DNA from: a bacterium
Lineage (GTDB): Bacteria > Patescibacteriota > Minisyncoccia > Phycocordibacterales > UBA9973
Assembly: GCA_037140655.1 (NCBI GenBank)
Contig: JBAXEA010000001.1
Span: 1 to 44,518 of the forward strand
Reading direction: 5' to 3'
DNA length: 44,518 bases
The translations under genes and the position numbers were made by a program. The notes below the pieces were generated by a model that was not told the DNA's origin, did no database searches, and was given only the letters and a program-made list of their open reading frames with translations. This document shows, one piece after another, positions 1 through 8,556 of the stretch (positions are counted from its first letter, which is position 1; each line of letters opens with the position of its first letter).

Positions 1-102
1 GCAAGAAAAGAAGGTATGATAACGATCTTACAAGATGGAATATATAAAGCAGTCCAAGGACAAACTAGCTTAGAAGAAGTGCTTCGTGTTGTTTCAGAAT
101 AA
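1..102 (+). CDS. C-terminal end of a PilB/GspE-family type II/IV secretion ATPase, 5'-truncated by the window edge
   Basis: Frame 1 reads ARKEGMITILQDGIYKAVQGQTSLEEVLRVVSE*. This resembles the conserved PilB/GspE C-terminal tail (..G.T..EEVLRV..). It lies directly upstream of pilC. Confidence 0.7.
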   Translation, partial: ARKEGMITILQDGIYKAVQGQTSLEEVLRVVSE

Positions 103-108
103 AATTAG

Positions 109-1332
109 ATGCTTTTTTCATATAAAGTTAAAACAAAAAATGGTGAAATTCTAAAAGGAACGATGGATGCGCTTGATCGTTTCGCGTTGTCTAGGGAGTT
201 AAAATCAAGAGATCTTATTCCTATTTCTGTAATTGAAAAAGGAAAGGAATTTAGCATTGAAGGTATCTCAGTTGGTTTTACAAACTTTTTTTCAAAAGTT
301 AAAACACAAGAATTAATTACTTTAACAAAAAATCTAAGTGGAATGCTGAAAGCTGGTTTGTCGCTTTCTCGTGCGCTTTCGGTTTTACAAAAACAAACTA
401 AAAATCCTGCATTTAATAAAATTTTAATTTCATTAAGAAGTGAAATAGATTCCGGCGGAACATTTTCCTCTGGTCTTGCAAAATTCCCTGATGTTTTTTC
501 AAGTCTTTTTGTTTCGATGGTTCGTGCAGGGGAGGAGTCTGGTAATTTACCAAATGCTCTTTCTGAAGTTGGTATGAATATAGAGAAAGCAAATTCTGTA
601 ACAAAAAAAGTGAAGGGTGCACTTATTTATCCTGGAGTTATTTTATCAGCGATGGTTGTGATTGGAATTTTGATGTTTGCATTCGTTGTTCCGACTCTTG
701 CTAAAACATTTAAAGATTTAAATACTCCATTGCCTGCTTCAACGAAATTCATAGTTGCATTAGGTATGTTTTTCTCACAATATTTAGTTTTGTCTCTTAT
801 TCTGGTGGCAGGAATTGGTTTTGGAATATTCTATTTATTCAAAGCAAAATTTATGCAGAAATATATTGATTATGCTATTTTAAAAATTCCTGTTATTGGT
901 ACTTTTTCCAGACAATTAAATACAGCTCGTACTGCACGCACCATCTCATCACTTCTGTCTTCAGGTGTTCCCATCACTCGTGCTATTGAAATCACAGAAG
1001 ATGTTGTTCAGAATATTTATTATAAAAAAGTTTTAAAGAAGGGAAAAGAAGAAATCGAAAAAGGTTTACCTTTTTCTGAAATTTTCGTAGAAAATTCTGA
1101 TCTGTATCCTATTATGATGTCCGAGATGGTTGAGGTGGGGGAGGAGACGGGAAAATTGTCAGAAATGTTGATTGAAATTTCAAATTTTTACGAAGCAGAA
1201 ATAGAAAACACAACAAAAAATCTTTCTACTATTATCGAACCTGTTTTGATGATTTTCATAGGTTCAGCGGTTGGATTTTTTGCTATATCGATGATTTCAC
1301 CATTATATTCAGTAATGAATAATATTAAATAA
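109..1332 (+). CDS. pilC: Type IV pilus / T2SS inner-membrane platform protein (PilC/GspF family)
   Basis: 407 aa with two GspF-like repeats (..SGMLKAGLSLSRAL.. and ..SSLLSSGVPITRAI..) and hydrophobic TM segments. It follows the pilB-like ATPase. Confidence 0.9.
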   Translation: MLFSYKVKTKNGEILKGTMDALDRFALSRELKSRDLIPISVIEKGKEFSIEGISVGFTNFFSKVKTQELITLTKNLSGMLKAGLSLSRALSVLQKQTKNPAFNKILISLRSEIDSGGTFSSGLAKFPDVFSSLFVSMVRAGEESGNLPNALSEVGMNIEKANSVTKKVKGALIYPGVILSAMVVIGILMFAFVVPTLAKTFKDLNTPLPASTKFIVALGMFFSQYLVLSLILVAGIGFGIFYLFKAKFMQKYIDYAILKIPVIGTFSRQLNTARTARTISSLLSSGVPITRAIEITEDVVQNIYYKKVLKKGKEEIEKGLPFSEIFVENSDLYPIMMSEMVEVGEETGKLSEMLIEISNFYEAEIENTTKNLSTIIEPVLMIFIGSAVGFFAISMISPLYSVMNNIK

Positions 1333-1334
1333 AT

Positions 1335-1802
1335 ATGAAAAATTTTTATAAAAAAGGATTTACGATTGTAGAAATGTTGATTGTCATTGTGATTATTGGT
1401 ATTTTGGTTGCCATAGTACTGCCATCATTTTCAGCAATGAGACAAAATCAAGCGTTGAAAAATACTGTTAGTGACGTTGTTTCTTCATTAGATAAAGCCC
1501 GATCACAAACTTTAGCATCTCTTAATTCATCAGAGTATGGAGTTCATTTTCAATCTAATAAAATTGTGATTTTCAAAGGAACATCTTATTCTGCAAATGA
1601 TGCAAATAATACAAGTATAAATGTGACTTCACCTGCGACACTTTCATCAATATCACTTACGGGTGGTGCATCAGACATATACTTTGCTAGATTAAGTGGA
1701 ACACCAAATGTTACAGGCACTATCGTTGTTTCGGTTTCTTCAAATCAAAGTTTAACTAAAACAATTACAATATCAGCCACAGGAATTGCTAGTTTAAATT
1801 AA
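1335..1802 (+). CDS. Type IV pilin-like protein with prepilin N-terminal cleavage/methylation motif
   Basis: The N-terminus KKGFTIVEMLIVIVIIGILVAIV matches the G/FT(L/I)xE class III signal plus hydrophobic helix. 155 aa. Confidence 0.85.
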   Translation: MKNFYKKGFTIVEMLIVIVIIGILVAIVLPSFSAMRQNQALKNTVSDVVSSLDKARSQTLASLNSSEYGVHFQSNKIVIFKGTSYSANDANNTSINVTSPATLSSISLTGGASDIYFARLSGTPNVTGTIVVSVSSNQSLTKTITISATGIASLN

Positions 1803-1803
1803 A

Positions 1804-2295
1804 ATGAGAAATAAAAAAGTAAAATTAAATAAAAAAAGTTATGGTTTCATGATGGTTGAGATTTTGGTTGCTGCTTCTATTATGACAGTAATAATTTTGG
1901 CTGTTATGTCTGTTGCTCAAAAGACTATTTCTGTGTCACGTGTTTCAGTTGAATCAACACAGGCAAGTTTTCTTTTAGAGGAAGGAGCAGAAGTTGCTCG
2001 TACTATTAGAGATAATGGATGGAGTAATGTTTTAGCTTTAAATACAAGTACGACATATTATCCAACTTTTACTGGTGGAGTATGGACACTTTCTTCTACA
2101 CCTAATACTATTGGTATTTTTACACGTACTGTAAACATCTCAAATGTAAATCGTGATAATACTACTGCAGATATTTCAGTCACAGGAACAAATGATACTG
2201 GAACTAAATTGATAACTGTTACAGTTACTTGGGTTGATGGAGGGCAAACGATTACTAGGACCTTACCATTTTATATTTCTGATATATTTTCATGA
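1804..2295 (+). CDS. Minor pilin / pseudopilin-like protein
   Basis: The N-terminus KSYGFMMVEILVAASIMTVIIL is prepilin-like (G/F..VE). The gene is operonic, and its TGA stop overlaps the next ATG (ATGA). Confidence 0.7.
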   Translation: MRNKKVKLNKKSYGFMMVEILVAASIMTVIILAVMSVAQKTISVSRVSVESTQASFLLEEGAEVARTIRDNGWSNVLALNTSTTYYPTFTGGVWTLSSTPNTIGIFTRTVNISNVNRDNTTADISVTGTNDTGTKLITVTVTWVDGGQTITRTLPFYISDIFS

Positions 2296-2792
2296 TTAAA
2301 AAAAATATACAAAATCAAAAAGGATATTCGCTTATTGAAATGCTTTTTTATATATCAATTTTTTGTGCTTTGTTCATAGTTGTTATTAATTCATTGATAA
2401 TAATGACAAAATCTTTTAAGCAAACTTCGGTAAATGGAGAACTTGTACAGTCAGGAACAATAATGGAAAAAATTTCTCATGAAATAAAACAAGCTTATGA
2501 TATTAATTCTATTTCTTCAACAAGTTTAGTCTTAAACACAAAAGACGCATCTGGAAATAATAAAACAGTTCAGTTTAATAGTTCCGGAGATGATATTTTG
2601 TTTACCGATAACGGTACATTGGTTGGTGCCTTAAATAATCCAAATATTCAAATATCAAATCTTTCTTTTACACAAATATCAACCTTACAAGGAAAAGAGG
2701 TAAAAATTTTTTTTACTGTTAATGCTATTGATGATGCTCAAAATAAAACTTATGATTTTTATGATACAGTAATCTTGCGTGGTACATATTAG
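2292..2792 (+). CDS. Minor pilin / pseudopilin-like protein
   Basis: The N-terminus QKGYSLIEMLFYISIFCALFIVV is prepilin-like (G/YSLIE). Operonic. Confidence 0.7.
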   Translation: MIKKNIQNQKGYSLIEMLFYISIFCALFIVVINSLIIMTKSFKQTSVNGELVQSGTIMEKISHEIKQAYDINSISSTSLVLNTKDASGNNKTVQFNSSGDDILFTDNGTLVGALNNPNIQISNLSFTQISTLQGKEVKIFFTVNAIDDAQNKTYDFYDTVILRGTY

Positions 2793-2796
2793 AAAT

Positions 2797-4590
2797 ATGC
2801 TAAAAAATAATTTAAAAATAAATAATGAAAGTGGGTCTGCTATGCTGACAGCAGTAGTGTTTTTCATGTTTATTTCACTTTTAATTGTTGCAGGCCTAGT
2901 TTCACCTTCTGTTGTTGAATTTAAAAATGCTAGTGTGAATTTAAATTCAAAAGTTTCTTATGCTTTGGCTGAATCTGGTGTTGAAGATGCTGTTTATCGT
3001 TTAAAAAATAATAAAACAATCGGAGCTAACGAAACCATTATATTAGGTTCAAATTCTGCAGCAACTACTATCGTTACGAATGGTAATCAAAAAACAATTG
3101 AATCTGTCGGTAATGTTTCAAGTTATCAGAGAAAAATAGATTTAACAATTACAACTGGTGCTGGTGTTGGTTTTAATTATGGTCTTCAGACTGGTGCTGG
3201 AGGAATTAATATGCAAAATAGTAGTGATACAATCAATGGCAGTGTCTATACTAATGGTAAAATTGTTGCAAGTGGTACAAATTATATTACAGGTTCTGCA
3301 ATTGCTGCTGATAGCCCAGCTCTTGCTGTAGATCAATCAAATATTGTTCCAACAACTCCAACTAATTCAATAAATTTTGGAAACGTGTCAGCTTCACAAG
3401 ACTATGCTCAAAGTTTTCAAGTATCTGCTAATTTGCCATTAAATAAAGTACAATTTTATATTAAAAAAAATGGTTCTCCTGGTGGTACTATTACAGTTCG
3501 TTTGGTTGCTGATAACGCTGGTTCACCCAGTACAGTAAATCTACCATTAGGTACTGCTACTCTCGGTTCAATAACAACAAGTTATTCGTGGGTAAATGCA
3601 ACATTCACTTCAAATCCAGCGCTTGTTCCGAATACTACTTATTGGATTGTTCTAGACTATAGTACGACAAATGTTTCAAACTATTATATAATTGGTGCAA
3701 ATGCAGACTCTTCTTATGGTGTAGGCACAGCAAAAACTGGTGTATATTCTTCTGGTACATGGGTTGCAAGTAATTTAGATAGTTATTTTCAAATATATAC
3801 AGGAGGAGTTTCTGGGAGCATAGGTGGTGCTGGTTATGCAAGTGCACTTACAGTTGGAACGGGAAGTGTCGGTGATACGTGGGCAAGCAATGTGAGTGGT
3901 ACTACTGCTCGTGGAAATATGTACTGTAACACTGGATCAAATAATAATAAATCATGCACGACAAATCATGGTATTCCGCCACAGGTTGGTTTACCATTTA
4001 CATCAGCTAATATTGCTAGTTGGGAAACAGCCGCACTTGCCGGTGGAACACAAACAGGAGATCTTGAAGTTACTGGTGGAGCTGGAATTGTCTCGCTTGG
4101 TCCAAAAAAGATTGTTGGTAATCTTCATGTTGGTGGAAGTAAAACTTTTCTTGTTACTGGAACACTTTGGGTTACAGGGAATATCACAATAGATGGTTCA
4201 GGACATATGGAACTTCCTTCAAATTATGCATTAAATAGTGAAACTATAGTAGCAGATGGAAAAATATCACTTGGTGGATCAGCTTCACTTGGTTCTGGAA
4301 ATCCATCAAGTTTCCTTTTTGTTGTTTCAAATAGCAGATGTCCTTATGATACATATTGTTCTGGTGCCAGTGCAATAAGTGTCAGTGGTGCGGCTGGTGC
4401 TATTGCTGTCGATGCTCAGTATGGAGATGTGTCGATAACTGGCTCATCTTCACTTTGCGCTGCAGTAGGAAATTCTATGACTGTAACTGGTAGTGATACT
4501 ATTAACTATAATTCTGGTTTAGCTAGCCCATATTTTAAAAGCGGTCCCTCAGGTTCGTGGAATATTGATAAATGGCAAGAGACACAATAG
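2797..4590 (+). CDS. Large pilus-operon protein with a PilX-like N-terminal anchor and Gly/Ser/Thr-rich beta-helix-like C-terminal part
   Basis: I prefer the ATG at 2797 (MLKNN..), 5 nt after the previous stop, over the GTG at 2779. The TM segment SGSAMLTAVVFFMFISLLIVAGLV is followed by repetitive G/S/T/N-rich sequence. The function is inferred from operon context only. Confidence 0.55.
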   Translation: MLKNNLKINNESGSAMLTAVVFFMFISLLIVAGLVSPSVVEFKNASVNLNSKVSYALAESGVEDAVYRLKNNKTIGANETIILGSNSAATTIVTNGNQKTIESVGNVSSYQRKIDLTITTGAGVGFNYGLQTGAGGINMQNSSDTINGSVYTNGKIVASGTNYITGSAIAADSPALAVDQSNIVPTTPTNSINFGNVSASQDYAQSFQVSANLPLNKVQFYIKKNGSPGGTITVRLVADNAGSPSTVNLPLGTATLGSITTSYSWVNATFTSNPALVPNTTYWIVLDYSTTNVSNYYIIGANADSSYGVGTAKTGVYSSGTWVASNLDSYFQIYTGGVSGSIGGAGYASALTVGTGSVGDTWASNVSGTTARGNMYCNTGSNNNKSCTTNHGIPPQVGLPFTSANIASWETAALAGGTQTGDLEVTGGAGIVSLGPKKIVGNLHVGGSKTFLVTGTLWVTGNITIDGSGHMELPSNYALNSETIVADGKISLGGSASLGSGNPSSFLFVVSNSRCPYDTYCSGASAISVSGAAGAIAVDAQYGDVSITGSSSLCAAVGNSMTVTGSDTINYNSGLASPYFKSGPSGSWNIDKWQETQ

Positions 4591-4599
4591 AGATATATA

Positions 4600-4663
4600 C
4601 CCTGTAGTAGATTTTAGCAATATTAAAAATGTGCTATGCACATCGCCAAAATTCACTACGGGG
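4600..4663. repeat. Family-A structured palindromic element, copy A1
   Basis: CCCTGTAGTAGATTTTAG ... CCAAAATTCACTACGGGG. The outer stem encloses an internal ATGTGC-TAT-GCACAT hairpin. Intergenic, ending just before the tpiA -10 box. Confidence 0.8.
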
Positions 4664-4672
4664 TGTTATAAT
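4664..4672 (+). promoter_or_regulatory. Extended -10 box (TGtTATAAT), 6 nt upstream of the tpiA ATG (leaderless-type)
   Basis: TGTTATAAT-attctc-ATG(4679). The same TGnTAnnAT-N6-ATG architecture recurs at 10 or more genes in the window. Confidence 0.6.
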
Positions 4673-4678
4673 ATTCTC

Positions 4679-5440
4679 ATGTCTAAAAAAATTATTATAG
4701 GAAATTGGAAAATGAATCCGCTTACTAGTAAAGAAGCGGTAAAATTATTTACTGATATTGCAAAAAACTTAACTACCACTAAAAATGTGGATGTTGTTAT
4801 TTGTGCCCCATTTGTTTATTTAGAAAGTTTAAAGAAAATATCTAAAAAAATATCTTTAGGTACACAAGATGCTTTCTGGCAAGAGAAAGGTGCTTTTACT
4901 GGTGAGATTTCAGTAAAAATGCTTTCAAATATTGGTGTTAAGTATATAATTCTCGGCCATTCTGAAAGAAGATCATTAGGTGAAAATAATATTGATATAA
5001 ATAGAAAAATAAAAGCAGTACTTAGTGCTGGTCTTACACCTATAGTGTGCGTTGGTGATACAGAGAGAGACGAGAATCATGGATATTTCAATGTTGTAAA
5101 GAATCAAGTTGAAGAATGTTTGAATGGAATCAAAAAAGATTTGCTTGAGAAAATAATTGTTGCTTATGAACCAGTCTGGGCATTATCTACTACAATTCCT
5201 CGCAAGGATGCTACAGCAGAAGATTCACAAGAGATGGTAGTGTTCATTAAAAAAGTTCTTGCAGATAAATTTGGAGTGAAAACAAAAATGCCAAGAATTA
5301 TTTACGGTGGTTCAGCAAATGATAAAAATTGTGCAGATTTCCTAACTAACGGGGGAGTGGAAGGTTTGTTGCCTGGTGCTGCAAGTTTAGATCCAAAGAA
5401 ATTTATAAGTATTATTAACATAGCAGAACATATTATTTAA
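4679..5440 (+). CDS. tpiA: Triosephosphate isomerase
   Basis: MSKKIIIGNWKMN.., ..GHSERR.., ..AYEPVWA.. are canonical TIM motifs. The upstream part of the 4565 ORF translates the repeat element and is rejected. Confidence 0.95.
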   Translation: MSKKIIIGNWKMNPLTSKEAVKLFTDIAKNLTTTKNVDVVICAPFVYLESLKKISKKISLGTQDAFWQEKGAFTGEISVKMLSNIGVKYIILGHSERRSLGENNIDINRKIKAVLSAGLTPIVCVGDTERDENHGYFNVVKNQVEECLNGIKKDLLEKIIVAYEPVWALSTTIPRKDATAEDSQEMVVFIKKVLADKFGVKTKMPRIIYGGSANDKNCADFLTNGGVEGLLPGAASLDPKKFISIINIAEHII

Positions 5441-5522
5441 AAGGCACGGATATTTTTCTGCTGAAAAATTCCTCGTACTCGCGCCGTCGCGCTCGCAAGC
5501 CCTTTAAAACAATATGTTCTGC
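5423..5522. repeat. Long inverted repeat (22-nt arms, 20/22 paired) enclosing a GC-rich 56-nt core between tpiA and pgk
   Basis: The left arm GCAGAACATATTATTTAAAAGG includes the tpiA stop. The right arm is CCTTTAAAACAATATGTTCTGC. The core contains CTCGTACTCGCGCCGTCGCGCTCGCAAGC. Confidence 0.7.
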
Positions 5523-5535
5523 TTGTAAAACACAT

Positions 5536-6675
5536 ATGCAATCAATAAAAAAAATAAAAGATACAAAAGGAAAAGTAATACTACTTCGAGCTGGTTTTGA
5601 TGTTCCTATAAAAGATGGAAAAGTCGTAGATACAAAAAGAATAGTAACAATTCTTCCAACAATAGAATATTTAATGAAAAAAGGACCGCTTGTGATAATG
5701 TCTCATCAAGGTAGACCAAAAGGCAAGGTGGACATGGCCTTCACACAGAAGCCACTTGTGCCAGTTTTAGAAAAATTACTTAAAAAGAAAATTAAATTTG
5801 CAACATCTTGTATTGGTGAAGAAACAGAAAAGATAGCGAGATCTTTAAAAAAGGGTGAAGTACTTTTGTTGGAAAATTTGAGATTCGAACCAGGTGAAGA
5901 AGCAAATGATAAAAATTTTGCAAAACAACTAGTAAAGTTGGGTGACATATATGTGGACGATGCTTTTCCAGATGCTCATAGAGAGCATGCTTCTGTCGTA
6001 GGTGTACCAAAATATTTACCAAGCTACATTGGTTTACAATTTGAGAAAGAAATAAAGTTTTTATCTATGGTATTTAAAGAAACCAAGCACCCATTTCTTT
6101 TCATCTTAGGTGGAGTTAAATTTGAAACAAAACTTCCAATTATAAAAAAGTATTTAAAAACTGCTGACAATATTTATATCGGTGGAGGAATTTTAAATAG
6201 TTTCTTAAAGGAAAAAGGCTTTGAAGTTGGTGTGTCTACTGTTGAAGATAAAGATTATGGAATTAAAAAATTTATGAAGAATAAGAAGCTGGTCATTCCA
6301 GAAAATCTTTTAGTAAAAACTTCTTCAGGTTCATTTATTAAAAAGAGTGCAGGTGAAGTTTCAAAAGATGACACTATCGTAGATGTGATAGATAAATCCT
6401 TAATTGAATTATATGTTCTTATTCAAAAAGCAAAAATGATTTTATGGAATGGTCCACTTGGAAAGTATGAAGATGGTGGGGCGAAAGCATCAATGGAAGT
6501 TTTGAAGATGATTGCGAACTCTAAAGCTAAAAGTATTATCGGTGGTGGTGATACAGCATCACTTATTTCTAAAATGAAAATGGAAGATAAGTTCACATTC
6601 GTCTCGACAGGTGGGGGAGCGTCACTTGAATATTTGGCAAAAGGCACATTACCTGGAATCAAAGCACTCAAATAA
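5536..6675 (+). CDS. pgk: Phosphoglycerate kinase
   Basis: ..LLRAGFDVP.., ..MSHQGRPKG.., ..STGGGASLE.. are typical PGK motifs. 379 aa. Confidence 0.95.
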   Translation: MQSIKKIKDTKGKVILLRAGFDVPIKDGKVVDTKRIVTILPTIEYLMKKGPLVIMSHQGRPKGKVDMAFTQKPLVPVLEKLLKKKIKFATSCIGEETEKIARSLKKGEVLLLENLRFEPGEEANDKNFAKQLVKLGDIYVDDAFPDAHREHASVVGVPKYLPSYIGLQFEKEIKFLSMVFKETKHPFLFILGGVKFETKLPIIKKYLKTADNIYIGGGILNSFLKEKGFEVGVSTVEDKDYGIKKFMKNKKLVIPENLLVKTSSGSFIKKSAGEVSKDDTIVDVIDKSLIELYVLIQKAKMILWNGPLGKYEDGGAKASMEVLKMIANSKAKSIIGGGDTASLISKMKMEDKFTFVSTGGGASLEYLAKGTLPGIKALK

Positions 6676-6709
6676 AACTAATTAAATATAAGTAAAATAA
6701 GCTCACTTC

Positions 6710-6737
6710 TTGACTTTTTATTTTAAAATGCTATTAT
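6710..6737 (+). promoter_or_regulatory. Sigma-70-like promoter: TTGACT-N16-(TGc)TATTAT
   Basis: Both hexamers are canonical and a TG extension is present. The promoter is about 40 nt upstream of the 6781 ATG, so this gene would be leadered. Confidence 0.6.
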
Positions 6738-6780
6738 GTTTAAAACACATATAGTTATTCACATTTTAAAAATAAAGTAG

Positions 6781-7395
6781 ATGGACACAGAAAAGGCAAA
6801 AATTCCTACAGAGGAAGAATTAAAGAAATTTGGAATAGATATTTTATTCCATAAAGTAATAATCAAGGAAAATAAAAAAGACTTAGACTTGAGTCAGTAC
6901 TTGGTTTCAGAAAAAATTCATTTAGATACTAAAAAGTATTATATAAAATTTCCAATTAAAGGTAAGGATGGAAAAGTGATCAAAATTATTAAATTATGGT
7001 TACATAAAGATTTCAAAAAAAATATCTACGATCCAATTGAAGGAAAAATTGGTCATTTATCGCAAATAAATTTCACTGAATTTAAATTCAATAAAAACAT
7101 TCGTAGTGAAAAAATTAAAGAAATTTTTTATATTTCTGATGAATCAAAACATCTAAACAGAGAAGAAATAATGTGGTCATCGCTTCGTTTTGCAATGAGG
7201 CAATGTAAAAAAAATGATGGTCATCTGGTTGTCACAAGTGATCATTCTACTATTCTTTGTTCTTTTTTAGACGAAGCAGGTATCATATATTTAATTGATG
7301 TTAGATATGATGAAATGCATAATGAATTTGATTTGTATTGTCAAAAGAAAGATATCTTATTTTTAAACAAAGATCAAATTTTGATAAGAAAATAA
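6781..7395 (+). CDS. Hypothetical protein (204 aa)
   Basis: Long ORF with its own promoter and terminator. No motif recognised. Confidence 0.6.
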   Translation: MDTEKAKIPTEEELKKFGIDILFHKVIIKENKKDLDLSQYLVSEKIHLDTKKYYIKFPIKGKDGKVIKIIKLWLHKDFKKNIYDPIEGKIGHLSQINFTEFKFNKNIRSEKIKEIFYISDESKHLNREEIMWSSLRFAMRQCKKNDGHLVVTSDHSTILCSFLDEAGIIYLIDVRYDEMHNEFDLYCQKKDILFLNKDQILIRK

Positions 7396-7420
7396 TTTTT
7401 TTCGTTTCTAATTAAACAAA

Positions 7421-7459
7421 ACAGCCCGAAGATTTTAAATCTGAGGGCTGTATTTTTTT
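7421..7459. terminator. Hairpin plus T-run between convergent genes
   Basis: ACAGCCC-(17 nt)-GGGCTGT followed by ATTTTTTT. Confidence 0.65.
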
Positions 7460-7461
7460 AT

Positions 7462-7863
7462 CTATTTTATTGCTTTAATTATTTTTTGAATTATTTTATT
7501 TGGTTCTCCTTCTTTATATTCTTTGGTTGGTAGGTTTGGAAATACTATTTCTTTATATCGAGGCATGAGGTGTATATGAAAATGGGGGACTTCATTGCCG
7601 ACTACTGATTGTTGCACATAGTCACATCTCAATCCTTTCTTTAGAGCCAGCATCATTTTTTTAGTTAATTTAAATATGTCTGCAATTGTTTTGTCGTCAG
7701 CCTCTTGCATCCAGACTACGTGTTTTTTGGGAATTATTAAAAGGTGTCCGTCAGTTGCAGGCTTAATATCTAGAAATACTAAGAAGTTTTTATTTTCAAA
7801 AATTTTATAACAAGGGATTTCTTTATTTACTATTTTACAAAAAATACAAGGTTCTTTTTTCAT
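7462..7863 (-). CDS. HIT-family (histidine triad) nucleotide hydrolase/transferase
   Basis: ..VPHFHIHLMP.. is the HxHxHxx triad, and the N-terminus has CIFCKI. The start is set at the ATG (7863) that lies 6 nt after a TGtTATTAT box. Confidence 0.9.
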   Translation of the reverse strand: MKKEPCIFCKIVNKEIPCYKIFENKNFLVFLDIKPATDGHLLIIPKKHVVWMQEADDKTIADIFKLTKKMMLALKKGLRCDYVQQSVVGNEVPHFHIHLMPRYKEIVFPNLPTKEYKEGEPNKIIQKIIKAIK

Positions 7864-7869
7864 ATACTT

Positions 7870-7878
7870 ATAATAACA
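7870..7878 (-). promoter_or_regulatory. Extended -10 box (TGtTATTAT), 6 nt upstream of the HIT ATG
   Basis: The minus strand reads TGTTATTAT-aagtat-ATG. Confidence 0.55.
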
Positions 7879-7890
7879 AAAATTGGGAAA

Positions 7891-7924
7891 TAAAAAAGCT
7901 TTCAACCATTTAAGATTGAAAGCT
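7891..7924 (-). terminator. Rho-independent terminator of the 111-aa gene
   Basis: The minus strand has AGCTTTCAA-(10 nt)-TTGAAAGCT followed by TTTTTTA. Confidence 0.65.
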
Positions 7925-7952
7925 CCTGTTTGTAAATTAAAATAATTATTAA

Positions 7953-8288
7953 TTATTTTCCTAGTTTATTTGCTCTACTTATTAGAGCTTTTGTCACTCG
8001 AGTTATTGCACGAAGATTTTCTTTATTATCTCCTGGTCTTGTTTGAGGAAAATCTCCTGAATATGGTGTATACCCATAATGTTCTTCACAGAACTGATTT
8101 TTGTCTGGTATTCCTAAGTCCCTGAAAATTTTTCCATTATCACTCGGATTTGAGAGATTTTTTAGAAAATTGTAATTCACTTTGTGTAGATCTCCATTTA
8201 TCAAGACAGTTTCTCCATCTTTGAAGATTTCTTCAACCTGACCTTTTTTTTCTTCGGTCTGCGTGCTTGAGTTTACTTGTTTAACCAT
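7953..8288 (-). CDS. Hypothetical protein (111 aa)
   Basis: ORF with a downstream terminator. No motif recognised. Confidence 0.5.
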   Translation of the reverse strand: MVKQVNSSTQTEEKKGQVEEIFKDGETVLINGDLHKVNYNFLKNLSNPSDNGKIFRDLGIPDKNQFCEEHYGYTPYSGDFPQTRPGDNKENLRAITRVTKALISRANKLGK

Positions 8289-8459
8289 TGTTAAAATTTT
8301 TAATTTAAAATTATTTTTATTGAATTTACGAAGTTCTCTAAATTTCCATAAAGAAACTGAGAGAACTTCGCAAACATGATTTAATGAACAATATAAATAC
8401 TTTTAAGTATTATACATTGATTAAATCTAAAGTCAAGCAGAAATATATAAATCTTATTG

Positions 8460-8468
8460 TGATATAAT
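8460..8468 (+). promoter_or_regulatory. Extended -10 box (TGaTATAAT), 6 nt upstream of an ATG at 8475
   Basis: TGATATAAT-ctttaa-ATG. The transcript would carry element A2 as a leader for recJ, or encode a 46-codon leaderless ORF (8475..8615). Confidence 0.5.
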
Positions 8469-8480
8469 CTTTAAATGGAT

Positions 8481-8556
8481 CCCGAACGAAATTCTAGAAA
8501 TAGATTTTTACATAAGGGATTGGTCAATTTACTAAATTATTTAAATTTCGTACGGG
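8481..8556. repeat. Family-A-like palindromic element, divergent copy A2
   Basis: (GAT)CCCGAACGAAATT ... AATTTCGTACGGG(ATG). It shares the CCCG/CGGG clamp and the GGGATGG 3' flank with A4 and A3. The recJ ATG directly abuts the stem. Confidence 0.6.

Noticed and set aside
4565-4678. Long N-terminal extensions offered by the ORF track: tpiA from 4565, HIT from 7905, argS from 17380, the 23923 ORF, glyQS from the TTG at 25885, and metG from 30502.
   Set aside because: The extensions translate repeat elements or the 3' ends of upstream genes. In each case a downstream ATG begins the conserved protein N-terminus and/or sits 6 nt after a TGnTAnnAT box.
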